This document shows, piece after piece, positions 20,607 to 31,191 of a stretch of 64,000 nt of DNA. The notes beneath the pieces are model-generated. The model ran no database searches, had not been told where the DNA came from, and saw only the letters and a program-made list of their open reading frames with translations. Where the stretch lies: positions 100,065 through 164,064 of the forward strand of contig CAWHVB010000001.1 of NCBI GenBank assembly GCA_963832715.1, read 5' to 3'. The stretch is from an uncultured Ignavibacteria bacterium (GTDB taxonomy: Bacteria > Bacteroidota > Ignavibacteria > Ignavibacteriales > Ignavibacteriaceae). The translations under genes and the position numbers were made by a program. Each line of letters starts with the position of its first letter. Position 1 is the first letter of the stretch.

Positions 20607-21251
20607 TTATTTCTTATCACCGGGGAATACCTGCGTGGTTCTTTTTTTCATTTCCTCAGCAATACTCTTCCCATCTTCACCCTTTTCTTTAAGCTTAGCA
20701 ATTATATTGTGATAGCTTTCCTGATCCCTATCCTGGCTTAACTTGAAAACTGTGTCCATCTCCTTTATTTCAATCTCAAAGGCTGCAATTGCCTTGAGTA
20801 ATTTCCCTGTATAATCAGACGGAAGGTTGTCGAAGATAGTGGATGAGTTTTGATCGTAATTCTCGAAATGAAGAGAGGTCTTGCGAAGTACATCAATTAG
20901 TTCAGCATCGCCGAGGAACCTGATAGTACCTTTAACATGGACACTCATATAGTTCCAGGTGGAAGCCTGATGAGGGTTACTGTACCATACAGCGCTGACA
21001 TATGTGTGCCTTCCCGTGAAAACGGCGAGGACATTTTCATTATGCTGAAATGCGTGATGGTGATCGGTATTTTTCATGATATGTCCCCTGAGTATCTTCC
21101 TGCCGTCCTTCTCTTCAATAAAGACCGGGACCTGTGTAGCAACTGGTTTATTTTCAATATCGCAGCCGGTTAAAAACGCAAAAGGATTCTGGTCGATAAA
21201 TTCTTTCACTATTTTTTCATTCTGTTCTTTATGATAAGGCAGATTATACAT
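20607..21251 (-). CDS. paiB: PaiB-family FMN-binding transcriptional regulator
   Basis: 214 aa. N-terminus MYNLPYHKEQNEKIVKEFIDQNPFAFL and overall length match the PaiB/PAI 2 family. Confidence 0.7.
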   Translation of the reverse strand: MYNLPYHKEQNEKIVKEFIDQNPFAFLTGCDIENKPVATQVPVFIEEKDGRKILRGHIMKNTDHHHAFQHNENVLAVFTGRHTYVSAVWYSNPHQASTWNYMSVHVKGTIRFLGDAELIDVLRKTSLHFENYDQNSSTIFDNLPSDYTGKLLKAIAAFEIEIKEMDTVFKLSQDRDQESYHNIIAKLKEKGEDGKSIAEEMKKRTTQVFPGDKK

Positions 21252-21539
21252 AAGCTTAAAGGTTTTGGTTTTTTATAAATTCAATTTCAGCAATCGGCTG
21301 ATAAATTCAAAGTCGATTTGAATTTTGAAGAATGATTACCCTGAAATTATTATTACTGTCCAAAATAAACTTAACCCACCAAGATAGTTTAAGTTTTAGA
21401 AAAGAAATAAAACCATGTCTCCCCTGCTTATTATGTACCCCCTTTTATCAAATCGAATATTAGTAGAGATGGGTGTTGACCGTTTCCAATGTCGGGGTAG
21501 CCTGCTTGTTAATAAACCAAATTGAAAAGCAGGGCAGCT

Positions 21540-23596
21540 TCACTTCATCAGGATCATCTTCTTGACTGCTGTATGAATTCCTGCCTGATTACCAGCTGTT
21601 AATTTATAAAAATATACCCCGCTGGAAAGATTCTGACCTTTATCAGAATGACCATTGAATTCAACTGAATAAGTCCCGGATTCTTTTTCTTCATTCACCA
21701 GGGTGGCTACTTCTTTGCCAAGAACGTTATAAATTTTCAGAGTTACGTGCTGCCGGCTGCCGATTGTATACCGGATACTGGTTACCGGGTTGAAAGGGTT
21801 GGGATAATTCTGTGAGAGATTAAATTCCATGCTTAATAATTCTTCTCCTTTAACAGATACCGGATGCATAGAAGAAAATGCAACCAGCCAGTGGTTCGGA
21901 TCAAATATTATCTGGTTAACATGATGAGTTACCGGGACAGAAAAGCTGATATTATTTTCATTTTGAAAATATTTTATCAGCGTATCACCCCCGGCATAAT
22001 TTAGTTTTAATTCTACCGGAACTTTAAATAATGTTGGCAAAGTACTGGAAGCAGTCTGCACTGAAGTAATTGAAAGTGTGTCATTTTGCTGAGAGTAATA
22101 AATATTAAACTTCGGGAATCCTGCACCAAAATACCATTCATCAAAAAAATCTGTAAAATCAATTCCGGTTGTAGACTCTAATACTGCTTTAAAATCCAGT
22201 CCGGTTGCAGTACTTCCTCCGTATAAGCTCTCATAATTTTTTAGGGCGAGAAAGAATAATGAATCATTATCTGTCAGATAGCGGATGATATGGAGTATAT
22301 CCGCTCCTTTTGCATATGAGACAGCCGAAAATATTTTGGAAGGATCATTTGCATATTCATCTGGAATATAAACACTTTCGTCAGGAAAATACGTTGCATA
22401 ATTCTGCATAAACTGTATAAACAGGTCTGCTGCTGCAGGAGAAGAATTGTAAAATGCAGCCAGGTATTCAGTATAAGTAGCAAACCCTTCATTCAGCCAG
22501 ATGTCCTGCCACGTCCCGCAGGTAACATTATCGCCGAACCATGTGTGTCCTAATTCGTGCGCCGACGTCCAGCCAAGCCATCCCTGGTTCAGATAAGAAA
22601 CCGAAGTATCCATTAATAAATAACCAATAGTAGTCATTGTTTGATTTTCCATACCGCCATATGGAAAAGAGTCTACACAGTAGCCGTATTTGTCATTTTT
22701 AAAGGGAACTCACCGAACAAATCCGAAAATAACTGAATATTTTCTTTGGTTTTTTCAACGGCTGCCAGTTGTGTTGATAAATAAGGAGAATCCTGGAATA
22801 GATAGCTTTGAATTAATACTGAGTCTCCGGACGATAAATGTACAAAAGTTCGATAATCGTTATATGGTGCAACGGCAAATGAAATAAGATAGTATGCTAT
22901 CGGATAATGTGAGACCCATTCAAATTGTGTCTTATTGCCGGGCAGCGGGGTAACAGAAGTTAATCTTCCATTTGAACCTGCAAGGCAATCAGAGGAAGTT
23001 GTTAAAACAATACGCGCAGAATCGGCTTTATCGGGGAGAATCTGCTTACAAGGAAACCAATAATTCGATCCGTAAGGTTCACTGCCTGTAACTGTCGCTG
23101 AATAACCAAATTCAGAACCATTTGATACAGCGCCATGCCCATCTCCATGATAAAACACTCTAACATAAAAATACGCACTATAAGGCAGAGAAGGAGAAAC
23201 ATTGATTTTCAATAAATCATCATGGTGTATGAAATCTGTGCGGGTATTATTTACCCACACTGAGTCCACCACCGTATATGCCGCTCCTGAATCAGCACTA
23301 TCGATCAGTTCTACATAGCATGTATCCAGCAAATTAGTTTGTACCCGGGCATATATAACTGCATTCCCGGAAATTTCAGTATTCAGATTGCTGACATTTA
23401 AATTCAGTTCATAATACTTAACATCGTATTCATTTAAATGCGCGGTGATGGTGTCTGATAAATGATCGGAAATAGTGGGAGTTCTGAATCTTAAGCTGCT
23501 GTTTATTCGGGAGTTGAATGTGCCGCTCACCTGAGGAAAGACACTTAAACAAAACAAAAACGAAAGCAATAAGGCAAAGGCAGAGATACTTTTCAT
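21540..23596 (-). pseudogene. M1 (aminopeptidase N-like) zinc peptidase with T9SS sorting domain; frame broken once
   Basis: ORF 22673..23596 holds the signal peptide and M1 N-domain. ORF 21540..22652 holds HELGHTWFGD-x18-E and a C-terminal NYPNPFNP...KKMILMK domain. The GGMEN motif is read only when the downstream frame is extended upstream (FKNDKYGYCVDSFPYGGMEN). The halves join if one base is added near 22700-22706. Total length is 2057 nt (3n-1). Confidence 0.8.
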
Positions 23597-23882
23597 TTCA
23601 TCACCCTCAGATAATAAAGAAATACTCTTAACTATCCCATTTTCCGGAGAAACCTGGTCCCGGCAGGAGGATTATTAATATCCGGAAGTAATAAAATATA
23701 AAATAACCGGGCCAATTTCATTAACTCAAGGCTGCAGGCAGAACCGGTTTATCAGGATATGCAGAGTTACCGAAGATAAATATCAAGACCCCAATATCAG
23801 TGATAATCAGGTGGTGAGTTATAATGAAAATACATTTATATTTGAAATGTGCTTTATTTATCAGCTTTTGAGAACAAGGTGA

Positions 23883-25215
23883 ATGATAAAAAATATTTTA
23901 ATAATTGATGACGAGCGTGATTTAAGGAATCTGCTTGCCAGGTTGTTGTCTCTCGAAGGATATGCCATTGATACAGCAGGGACCGGTTCCGAAGGATTAA
24001 GCCTGTTCAAAATAGAAGAGCATCCGATAGTAATAACCGATGTCAGATTACCTGATGTTAACGGTATAGAGCTTATTTCGGAAATTAAAAGTATAAACCC
24101 CAAAACCGAGATAATTGTTTTAACTGCCTACGGCACGATTGAAGACGGCGTTATGGCTATAAAAAAAGGCGCTTTCGATTATATTGCCAAGGGAGATGAA
24201 GATAATAAGATACTGCCGGTTGTAAAGAACGCAATAGAAAAAGCCTCTCTTCACAGGCGAATAGAAAACCTGGAAAAGCGGGTAAGCCAGAAATTCAGTT
24301 TCGATAATATAATGGGAAGTTCTCCATCAATAATTAAAGCTATTGATGTATCAAAAAGAGTTGCAGGTACCGATACACCTGTCCTGTTAATGGGTGAGAC
24401 CGGTACAGGCAAGGAAATTTTTGCCCAGTCAATCCATTATGAAGGCGGAAGGAAGACGCAGCCTTTCATCGCAGTTAATTGCAGCGCTTTCTCGAAGGAG
24501 CTTCTGGAATCCGAGATGTTCGGTTACGCTGCAGGAGCCTTTACCGGTGCCAATAAAAATAAAAAAGGATTATTTGAAGAAGCAGACAAAGGGACATTAT
24601 TCCTTGATGAAATAGGAGAACTTGATGTTTCCCTGCAGGCAAAATTACTCCGGGCAATCGAAACAAACAGCTTCATTAAACCGGGTTCCACTAAACCGAC
24701 AACCGTTGATGTCAGAATTATTGCTGCAACAAACAGAAACCTTGAGGAGGAAATTAAAAAGGGTAATTTCAGGGATGACCTCTATTACAGGATCAGTGTA
24801 GTCAGGATAGAAATTCCTCCACTCAGAGAAAGAAAAGAAGATATCAGGGAGTTCACTGATTACTTCATCGGACTTCTTTTCCAGGAAGCTGAATAAGAAT
24901 ATAAGCAATGTCTCCGAAGATTTTTATTCTATGCTTATTAGTTACCCATTCCCGGGAAATATACGCGAGTTGAAGAACATCATCGAAAGGGCGATAATAT
25001 TATCAGACGGACAGCTCCAGGTCAGTCTTTTACCTGATGATATTTCAGCTTTAACCCGTAAAAACGATTCTGCCGAAAGCCTCGTAAATGTAGAAAGAGA
25101 ACATATTCTGAAAATTCTTAAAGCAGCCGGCGGCAACAAAACCAAATCGGCCGAAATACTTGGGATAGGTTTAACCACCCTTTACAGAAAACTTCAATCT
25201 TATGGACTCGACTGA
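23883..25215 (+). pseudogene. sigma-54-dependent response regulator (REC + AAA+ + Fis HTH); frame broken once
   Basis: REC (ILIIDDERD, VITDVRLPDVNG), Walker A GETGTGKE, GAFTGA. The second ORF (24931..25215) supplies PGNIRELKN and the HTH KSAEILGIGLTTLYRKL. Frames join at about 24870/24871 (DYFI|DFFSRKLNKNISNVSEDFYSMLISYPFPGN). Length is 1333 nt (3n+1). Confidence 0.8.
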
Positions 25216-26009
25216 ATTCTTATCTTTTCAATAAAAGGCATTATTTCCGCTATAAACGACTTCAAAAACTTCATTTCATCTTTATCTTTCCTGATTTCAT
25301 CATTGAGTTTTATTCCGATCGTACATATTACTATTCCTGCATTGTCAATAACCGGGTAATAATAAGCATCTGCATTCCCTACAAGTTCAGTGGTATTCCC
25401 TGCCGGAGATTTTAACCGGTATGCTGCTGATGCCGCAAGCCATTCCATCTCATCGGTGTTGAAACTCGCTGACGGGAGAGCTGACCTTGATAACTGTGAA
25501 CCGTCTTTGTTCAGGAAAACGATAGTTTCAAGATGGAATACTTTCTCAATATTCTTTACAGCTCTCTCAAGCACTTCATCCGTATCTTTTGACGCAGATA
25601 ATTCTTTTACAAAGTTGTATAATGACACCCACCGATGTTCCACCTTCTTAAGGTCATAACGGTAGGTATTTACCCTTGCAGCGAGAACTCCGTTTGTTAC
25701 GGCTACTATAAAAAACATCAGAAGCATCATAACGTCTTCCGGCTTTGCGATATGCATTGTAAAATGAGGCGGTATGAAATAATAGTCCCACCCCAGTGCG
25801 CTTATTACAGCCGATAATATTATCGGTCCCCTGCTGAAATTAAAAATAGGCAGCATAAATATTACAAGCAGCAGGATCATTGAAACTGTTTCATAGCCTA
25901 TGATATCCTGAACCGTATAAAGCAGTATGATAAATAAAAACAATATGACTGTTGAGAAGAAGTATTGTTTTCCTGTACTTATTCTATCCCGTGCAATAAA
26001 GTTTTTCAT
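25200..26009 (-). CDS. DUF4118 (KdpD-type membrane module) + GAF-like domain protein, no kinase domain
   Basis: The internal ATG at 26009 gives MKNFIARD.... Four TM helices with the GWDYYFIPPHFT motif typical of the KdpD transmembrane module, followed by a soluble ~130-aa domain. Confidence 0.65.
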   Translation of the reverse strand: MKNFIARDRISTGKQYFFSTVILFLFIILLYTVQDIIGYETVSMILLLVIFMLPIFNFSRGPIILSAVISALGWDYYFIPPHFTMHIAKPEDVMMLLMFFIVAVTNGVLAARVNTYRYDLKKVEHRWVSLYNFVKELSASKDTDEVLERAVKNIEKVFHLETIVFLNKDGSQLSRSALPSASFNTDEMEWLAASAAYRLKSPAGNTTELVGNADAYYYPVIDNAGIVICTIGIKLNDEIRKDKDEMKFLKSFIAEIMPFIEKIRIQSSP

Positions 26010-26200
26010 ATCGATTGCCTCGGCATTTTTATATAATTTAGAATACAAAACCTGTACCTGTGATAAAATCAATTCAATCCACAATTAATTAAAAGGAACC
26101 CTTCCATTTTGAAAATCAACCCCGCCATTATGAACGAGTGCTTATTCCTGCATTAGATTGGATACATCATTAATCAGCTGTTTTTATGCTTCCCCGGGTA

Positions 26201-26216
26201 TGGTATGTTCCTTGAA
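26201..26216 (+). promoter_or_regulatory. candidate sigma-54 (-24/-12) promoter for ktrB
   Basis: TGGTATGTTCCTTGAA compared with consensus TGGCAC-N5-TTGCW: the GG and TTG are at correct spacing, with 3 mismatches. It lies 29 nt upstream of the ktrB ATG (26245) and beside a sigma-54 response-regulator gene. Confidence 0.4.
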
Positions 26217-26244
26217 CAATAGATTTGAACAATATAATTCAAAA

Positions 26245-27593
26245 ATGCAACTGACGAGCTGGTTTTACAGGAATATTTCGCCTCTGAGAATCTTAGTACT
26301 GGGATTTCTTTTCATAACGCTGATCGGGACAGTGTTACTAATGCTCCCTGAATCCAGCGTTAACGGAACCTCACAGTCGTTTATCGATGCCCTTTTTACA
26401 GCTGTTTCCGGTGTTTCAACCACCGGTTTAGTGGTTGTTGATACAGGGAGCTACTACACTCTTTTCGGGCAATGGGTGATACTGATACTAATACAGGTAG
26501 GAGGGCTGGGTTACATGGTATTTATTGTTCTTGTATTCCTGACCAGGAAAAAAGAAATATCACTGCACGGCAGAAAAGTTTTGAGAGAATCCCTGGGGCG
26601 GCCCTTAAAAATTGATATGAATCGGTTCACCATGATTGTATTCGCCTTTACTTTTATCATTGAGATCTGCGGAACTGCAGGGATGTATATTTACTGGATT
26701 CATTTTTTTACTCCCGCCCGGGCCCTTTATGTCAGTTTTTTTCACTCCGTATCCGGATTTTGTACGGCAGGATTCGGCTTGTTCAGCGATAGTATTACAA
26801 AATACGGACACAGCCTGTATCTTAATATAATAATCGACATTGTTTGTATTACCGGGGCCGCGGGATTCTTCGTCCTGTATGATATATATGAAAATATTGT
26901 TAAAAAAATAAAGAAGATTACTCCTACTGCACTGTCGCTTCATAGTAAAATCGTATTGACCGCGACTGCACTCCTGATAGCTGCAGGTACCATCCTGGTA
27001 TTCTTTTTCCAGGCTCCGGAGTATACGGCATCAACAGGATCCAAAATTATCGATGCTTCGTTCCAGGCGATTTCAGCCTCTACAACAACAGGTTTCAACA
27101 CCATTGACATAGGGACTATGACGGGTTCCAGTCTCCTGATTATAATAATCCTGATGTTCATCGGAGCCTCTCCCGGCAGTACCGGCGGCGGAATAAAAAC
27201 AACTTCATTTTCCGTTATAATGAAGAATTTTTATAGTGTTCTTCGCGGAGTAAAGGACACAGTTCTTTTAAAAGAAAAGTTAGTAGCGATATTATTTCAA
27301 ACGTTACAGTTCTGACAGGAATCAGTTTACTATGGATAACTATTGTTGTAGTTGTACTCAGCAGCACGGAAGATGCGTCATTTATCAGGATACTGTTTGA
27401 GACAGTTTCAGCTTTCGGAACAGTGGGACTTTCAACCGGGATAACTTCCGGACTTTCTATATCCGGAAAACTCCTGATTACCCTGACCATGTTCCTTGGT
27501 AGGGTTGGTCCCCTGGCATTGGGTTTTTCTCTGCTTAAAGGTACAGTTACGAACGGCTACAGTTATCCCGAAGAAGAAATATTAATCGGTTAA
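26245..27593 (+). pseudogene. ktrB: KtrB/TrkH-family K+ transporter membrane subunit; frame broken once
   Basis: The likely start at 26245 gives MQLTSWFYRN.... Repeated pore-loop motifs are present (VSGVSTTGL, SASTTTGFN, GGGIKTTSF). The C-terminal 100 aa (FETVSAFGTVGLSTGIT...MFLGRVGP) are in another frame, ending at TAA 27591-27593. Frames join in the T4A4 run at 27266-27273. Length is 1349 nt (3n-1). Confidence 0.8.
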
Positions 27594-27605
27594 AAAGGAG
27601 ATAAA

Positions 27606-28256
27606 GTGAAACAATTTGTAGTGATAGGGCTCGGCAATTTCGGATTCAATGTTGCCAGAGCGCTTGCTGAGAAAAACAACCAGGTTCTCGCGATCGACAT
27701 AAGCAGTGAAAGGATTGATGAAATCAAAGATTATGTATCAGATGCGGTTATAGCTGATGTAAAGAATGTGAAAGTTCTTAATGAATTTATAACTAAATCA
27801 GTCGATGCTGTGATCATCAGTATCGGTCAGAGTATGGAAGCGAGCATCCTTGTAACCCATTATCTTAAAGAACGTAAAGTTAAAAGGATAATAGTAAAAG
27901 CAATAAATGAAAATCACGCCAAAATACTTGAGTTGATGGGAGCCGATGAAATTATCCTTCCCGAAAAAGATACAGCCTGTGCGCTTGCCCGGAAATTATC
28001 TTCGGCCAACCTGCTAGAGCATATACCTTTAACATCTGAGTTCAGCATTGTTGAGATCGCTTCCCCCGAAGATTTTATAGGTAAATCCCTGAAGCAGATA
28101 AAGCTGCGGTCGCGGTTTAACTTGCTGGTGATTGCAGTTAAGGATGTATTGCAGGGTAAATTTTTTCTGATGCCTGAAGCTGATTTCATACTTATGCCCG
28201 ACTGCCTGCTGGTAATAATGGGGCGTCAGGAAGATATAGAAAATTTTAAATTATAG
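27606..28256 (+). CDS. ktrA: KtrA/TrkA-type K+ transporter gating subunit (RCK_N + RCK_C)
   Basis: GTG start behind AAGGAG. Rossmann motif VIGLGNFG. 216 aa, immediately after ktrB. Confidence 0.8.
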   Translation: MKQFVVIGLGNFGFNVARALAEKNNQVLAIDISSERIDEIKDYVSDAVIADVKNVKVLNEFITKSVDAVIISIGQSMEASILVTHYLKERKVKRIIVKAINENHAKILELMGADEIILPEKDTACALARKLSSANLLEHIPLTSEFSIVEIASPEDFIGKSLKQIKLRSRFNLLVIAVKDVLQGKFFLMPEADFILMPDCLLVIMGRQEDIENFKL

Positions 28257-28265
28257 GAGGATCAT

Positions 28266-28580
28266 ATGCCGGCTTCTCACATCGATTTAAAGACAGATCT
28301 TCTTTTAGAAAACCTCGCCCGCCGTTTTGAAATTGATGAAACCTTTGTGGATATTTCGGATACCGGTTCGGGGGATGGCAGAAATAAATACCGGTGCGAA
28401 CTTAAATTTATAACTACCGGAAATAGTCTGAAGAAATTTCATCTGAGTGTTTATACTTTTTATTTTGAAACTCAGGATGAACAAGGATTCTGGTATGAGG
28501 ATATTTATTACAGTTATGACGAGATTAATAATTTCCTTGATCGTCTGGAAAGACAGCTTAAGGAACCCGATAATAAATAA
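28266..28580 (+). CDS. hypothetical 104-aa protein inside the ktr/HK operon
   Basis: ATG behind TAGGAGGATCAT. Tightly packed between ktrA and the kinase gene. No family recognised. Confidence 0.55.
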   Translation: MPASHIDLKTDLLLENLARRFEIDETFVDISDTGSGDGRNKYRCELKFITTGNSLKKFHLSVYTFYFETQDEQGFWYEDIYYSYDEINNFLDRLERQLKEPDNK

Positions 28581-28595
28581 CCGCTCAAAGGCTAT

Positions 28596-29894
28596 ATGAA
28601 CAATGTCAGAAGCAGGATTTTTTCCGGAGTTATCTTCTTATTAATCATCATTATTGTCCTGAGTGCTTCCGCCGTAATTTTTATAAACCAGCTTGCCAAA
28701 AGCTCACGCGGAACGATAACCGACAATTACCGCACAATTGACTATACAACCAATATGCTTGCGTCGCTTGATGAGATGTTCAATACCTTCCTTGAACTGA
28801 AGGCGGGTAATTCACAGATATCCGATTCACCGATGTTGGTCGATTTTGACAGGGCTAAAGAGAGTTTTGAGTCCAGTTTCAGGCATGAATCAGCTAACAT
28901 AACTGAAAGCGGCGAGTCAGATCTGGTAGATAGCTTAAGGATCTCATACGATGCATTTCTCGATGGAATTAAAACTAACAGAATTAATCCCATTAAATCC
29001 GGACAAGCATTAAAGAAATCCTACACGGAAACAAAAAAAATCATAATGGAAATCTATTCTCTGAATATGTCCTCCATACTGATAAAGAATTCCGAAATGG
29101 AAGGAAAAGCACGCGAAATCATAATTTATGCTGTAATTGCAGGGGGGATAAGCGTTGTGATCACATTGTTTTTTATTCTGACTTTTCCTTCCAGGGTTGT
29201 AAAACCGCTTGAAGATCGCGACGCTGCAAAAACCAATCTTTTATCAAATGTTTCTCATGAAATGAAAACCCCCATCTCCTCTATAAACCTTACTATAAAG
29301 CTTCTTGAAGACCGCCGAATTGGTGAATTAAACAAGGAACAAACAGGACTTCTCCAGACAATTAAGGATCAGAGCAACAGGCTGAGTAAAGTAATAAATG
29401 AGATCCTGAATTTCTCACAGATAGAAACGGGCAATATCAGGATGAACATTTCAGAAACCCGTCCCGAGGATATCATCGATTATGCGGCTACCGCATTAAT
29501 CATGCTCCTCTCGGAAAAAAACATCCGTCTCGAAACTAAAATTGAGGACAATCTGCCGTCAATAAAAGCGGATATTGAGAAAACGGTATGGGTTCTCGTC
29601 AATCTGCTTAATAATGCCATTCGCTATTCTGCCAATGGAGGTAAAATTATATTGTCGGCCGGATTAGCAGATGATACACTCCGCTTTTCTGTAAAGGACT
29701 ATGGAACCGGCATCCTTCCGGAAGACCAGGAAAAACTATTCAGCCGATTCAGTCAGTTGGGAAAAAAATCAGAACGCGGGTGGGGACTCGGTTTAGCAAT
29801 ATCTAAAGAATTTGTTCAGGCTCAGGGCGGCTCTATTTATGTTAACAGCATTCCCGGCGAAGGCAGTGAGTTCAGCTTTTATCTTCCGCTCTGA
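28596..29894 (+). CDS. membrane histidine kinase, paralogue of the kdp-linked kinase but without HAMP/PAS
   Basis: Two TM segments flank a periplasmic helical domain, then come directly AKTNLLSNVSHEMKTP (H-box), NNAIRYS, DYGTGI and GWGLGLAISKEF. By-eye identity to 50378..52222 is roughly 55% across the shared parts. Confidence 0.85.
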   Translation: MNNVRSRIFSGVIFLLIIIIVLSASAVIFINQLAKSSRGTITDNYRTIDYTTNMLASLDEMFNTFLELKAGNSQISDSPMLVDFDRAKESFESSFRHESANITESGESDLVDSLRISYDAFLDGIKTNRINPIKSGQALKKSYTETKKIIMEIYSLNMSSILIKNSEMEGKAREIIIYAVIAGGISVVITLFFILTFPSRVVKPLEDRDAAKTNLLSNVSHEMKTPISSINLTIKLLEDRRIGELNKEQTGLLQTIKDQSNRLSKVINEILNFSQIETGNIRMNISETRPEDIIDYAATALIMLLSEKNIRLETKIEDNLPSIKADIEKTVWVLVNLLNNAIRYSANGGKIILSAGLADDTLRFSVKDYGTGILPEDQEKLFSRFSQLGKKSERGWGLGLAISKEFVQAQGGSIYVNSIPGEGSEFSFYLPL

Positions 29895-30083
29895 TCATAT
29901 ATCCCACAAAGCAGAGACGGAACGTTGACCAAAAAATATTGTCAGTTGATAATATTTTTGTGTAAGCATCTGTACGGATGCAATATATTGAGGGTTAGAA
30001 GGATGGCAATACCGGAATCCGGGAAATCAACCGGTGGTGATAAATGGGAAGCCGCTTATTGCTTTATACCTATGGGGTACACT

Positions 30084-30944
30084 TCAGCGCCACGAGGCAG
30101 CGTAATCATGCGCGTATTTTCTGAATGTAACCGGAGCCCTGTGAATCAAAGACAAAATATCATCAAATACGGGAGCGCAGCATCCCTGGCGTACTCTTTT
30201 ATAAAAATCCGACCACCTCTCTATCAGCTCCTGCGGGACACCTGCTCCGGCTAATGCTGCACGCGCCGTCTCGTCGCTCAGAGCGATATAATTGATTTTC
30301 TTTTTTGCTTCTTCTGATATGATTTCAACCGCTTCGGAATGATCAAGCGACTCGCCGCCGGTAAGGGTATATGCTCTTCCGGTATGCCTGTCGTTCATCA
30401 AAACTTCCCTGCCTGCCTCAGCTATATCTCTTACATCAATAAAGGATATCTTCGCGTCGGCAGCCGGAAGATGCAGTGTCCCGGTAGATTGTATGTCAGC
30501 GTACATAGGTCCCGAATCGAAATTCTGCATAAACCAGTTGGGACGAAGATGAGTGAAAGGTATTCCCGAGTCTTCTATATACTTTTCCAGTTTCCTCAGC
30601 ATAAAATCCTCATCATCTTCAACGCCCATAGCCGTAAGGTCTGCAATTCGGCGTACATTATTTTTCCGGGCTTCGTCAATAAGCGGCTTAGCTGCAAGGT
30701 CTGAATGGTTATCACCCGGACGCACCATAAGAAATATTTTGTCGATTCCCTTAACGGCCGGGGCAAATGTTTCCGGTCTATCATAATCGAACTGAACAAT
30801 TTCAACAGCATCCCCAAACTTTTTGTATGCACTGGAAGGATTCCGGACGGCAGCGCGTACTTTTTCTCCGGTCCTTACCAATTTGCTCACCAGCTCCAAA
30901 CCAATTCTGCCGCTGGCACAGGTTACCAGTATCTTATTTGACAT
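30084..30944 (-). CDS. NmrA-family NAD(P)-binding protein
   Basis: N-terminal ILVTCASGRIGLELV Rossmann motif. 286 aa with atypical-SDR/NmrA-like layout. Confidence 0.7.
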   Translation of the reverse strand: MSNKILVTCASGRIGLELVSKLVRTGEKVRAAVRNPSSAYKKFGDAVEIVQFDYDRPETFAPAVKGIDKIFLMVRPGDNHSDLAAKPLIDEARKNNVRRIADLTAMGVEDDEDFMLRKLEKYIEDSGIPFTHLRPNWFMQNFDSGPMYADIQSTGTLHLPAADAKISFIDVRDIAEAGREVLMNDRHTGRAYTLTGGESLDHSEAVEIISEEAKKKINYIALSDETARAALAGAGVPQELIERWSDFYKRVRQGCCAPVFDDILSLIHRAPVTFRKYAHDYAASWR

Positions 30945-31191
30945 TTACTCTCCTGAAGTTTTTGAATTCAATATTATTCAGCTTAGCCTGAATATCTGAA
31001 CCCCGGCTGCCGGGGTTTCTAAAACTCTCGTTAATAACCAATTCTATTACTGTTATCTTTCAGCCATTAATGTTGTTTTCAATCCAGGTCTAAATTTCCA
31101 TAAAAACCGTTTCAAAGTTTGCAAAACGCTCGTTTTCATAAAAATTATTTATTGCGTCTTCAGACATTAAACTGAGGCAAGTGATGGTTGT

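Noticed and set aside
22700-22706. The M1 peptidase frame break coincides with a canonical -1 slippery heptamer C_CCT_TTA in the correct zero frame, suggesting programmed frameshifting.
   Set aside because: The same sequence is what a single-base under-call in a C or T homopolymer would produce (TTC CCC TTT AAA giving FPFK). M1 peptidases are not known to use recoding, and I saw no obvious downstream stimulatory structure. An indel, whether error or mutation, is the simpler reading.
27267-27273. The ktrB frame break coincides with T_TTA_AAA, also a canonical X_XXY_YYZ heptamer in frame.
   Set aside because: It lies in a T4A4 run. Loss of one A from CTT TTA AAA AGA AAA gives exactly the observed sequence. 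There is no precedent for recoding in KtrB/TrkH, so I treat it as a homopolymer indel.
29925-30254. A 109-aa plus-strand ORF downstream of the histidine kinase.
   Set aside because: Most of it is antisense to the 3' end of the NmrA-family gene. It has no ribosome-binding site or motif and an odd composition, so it is likely spurious.
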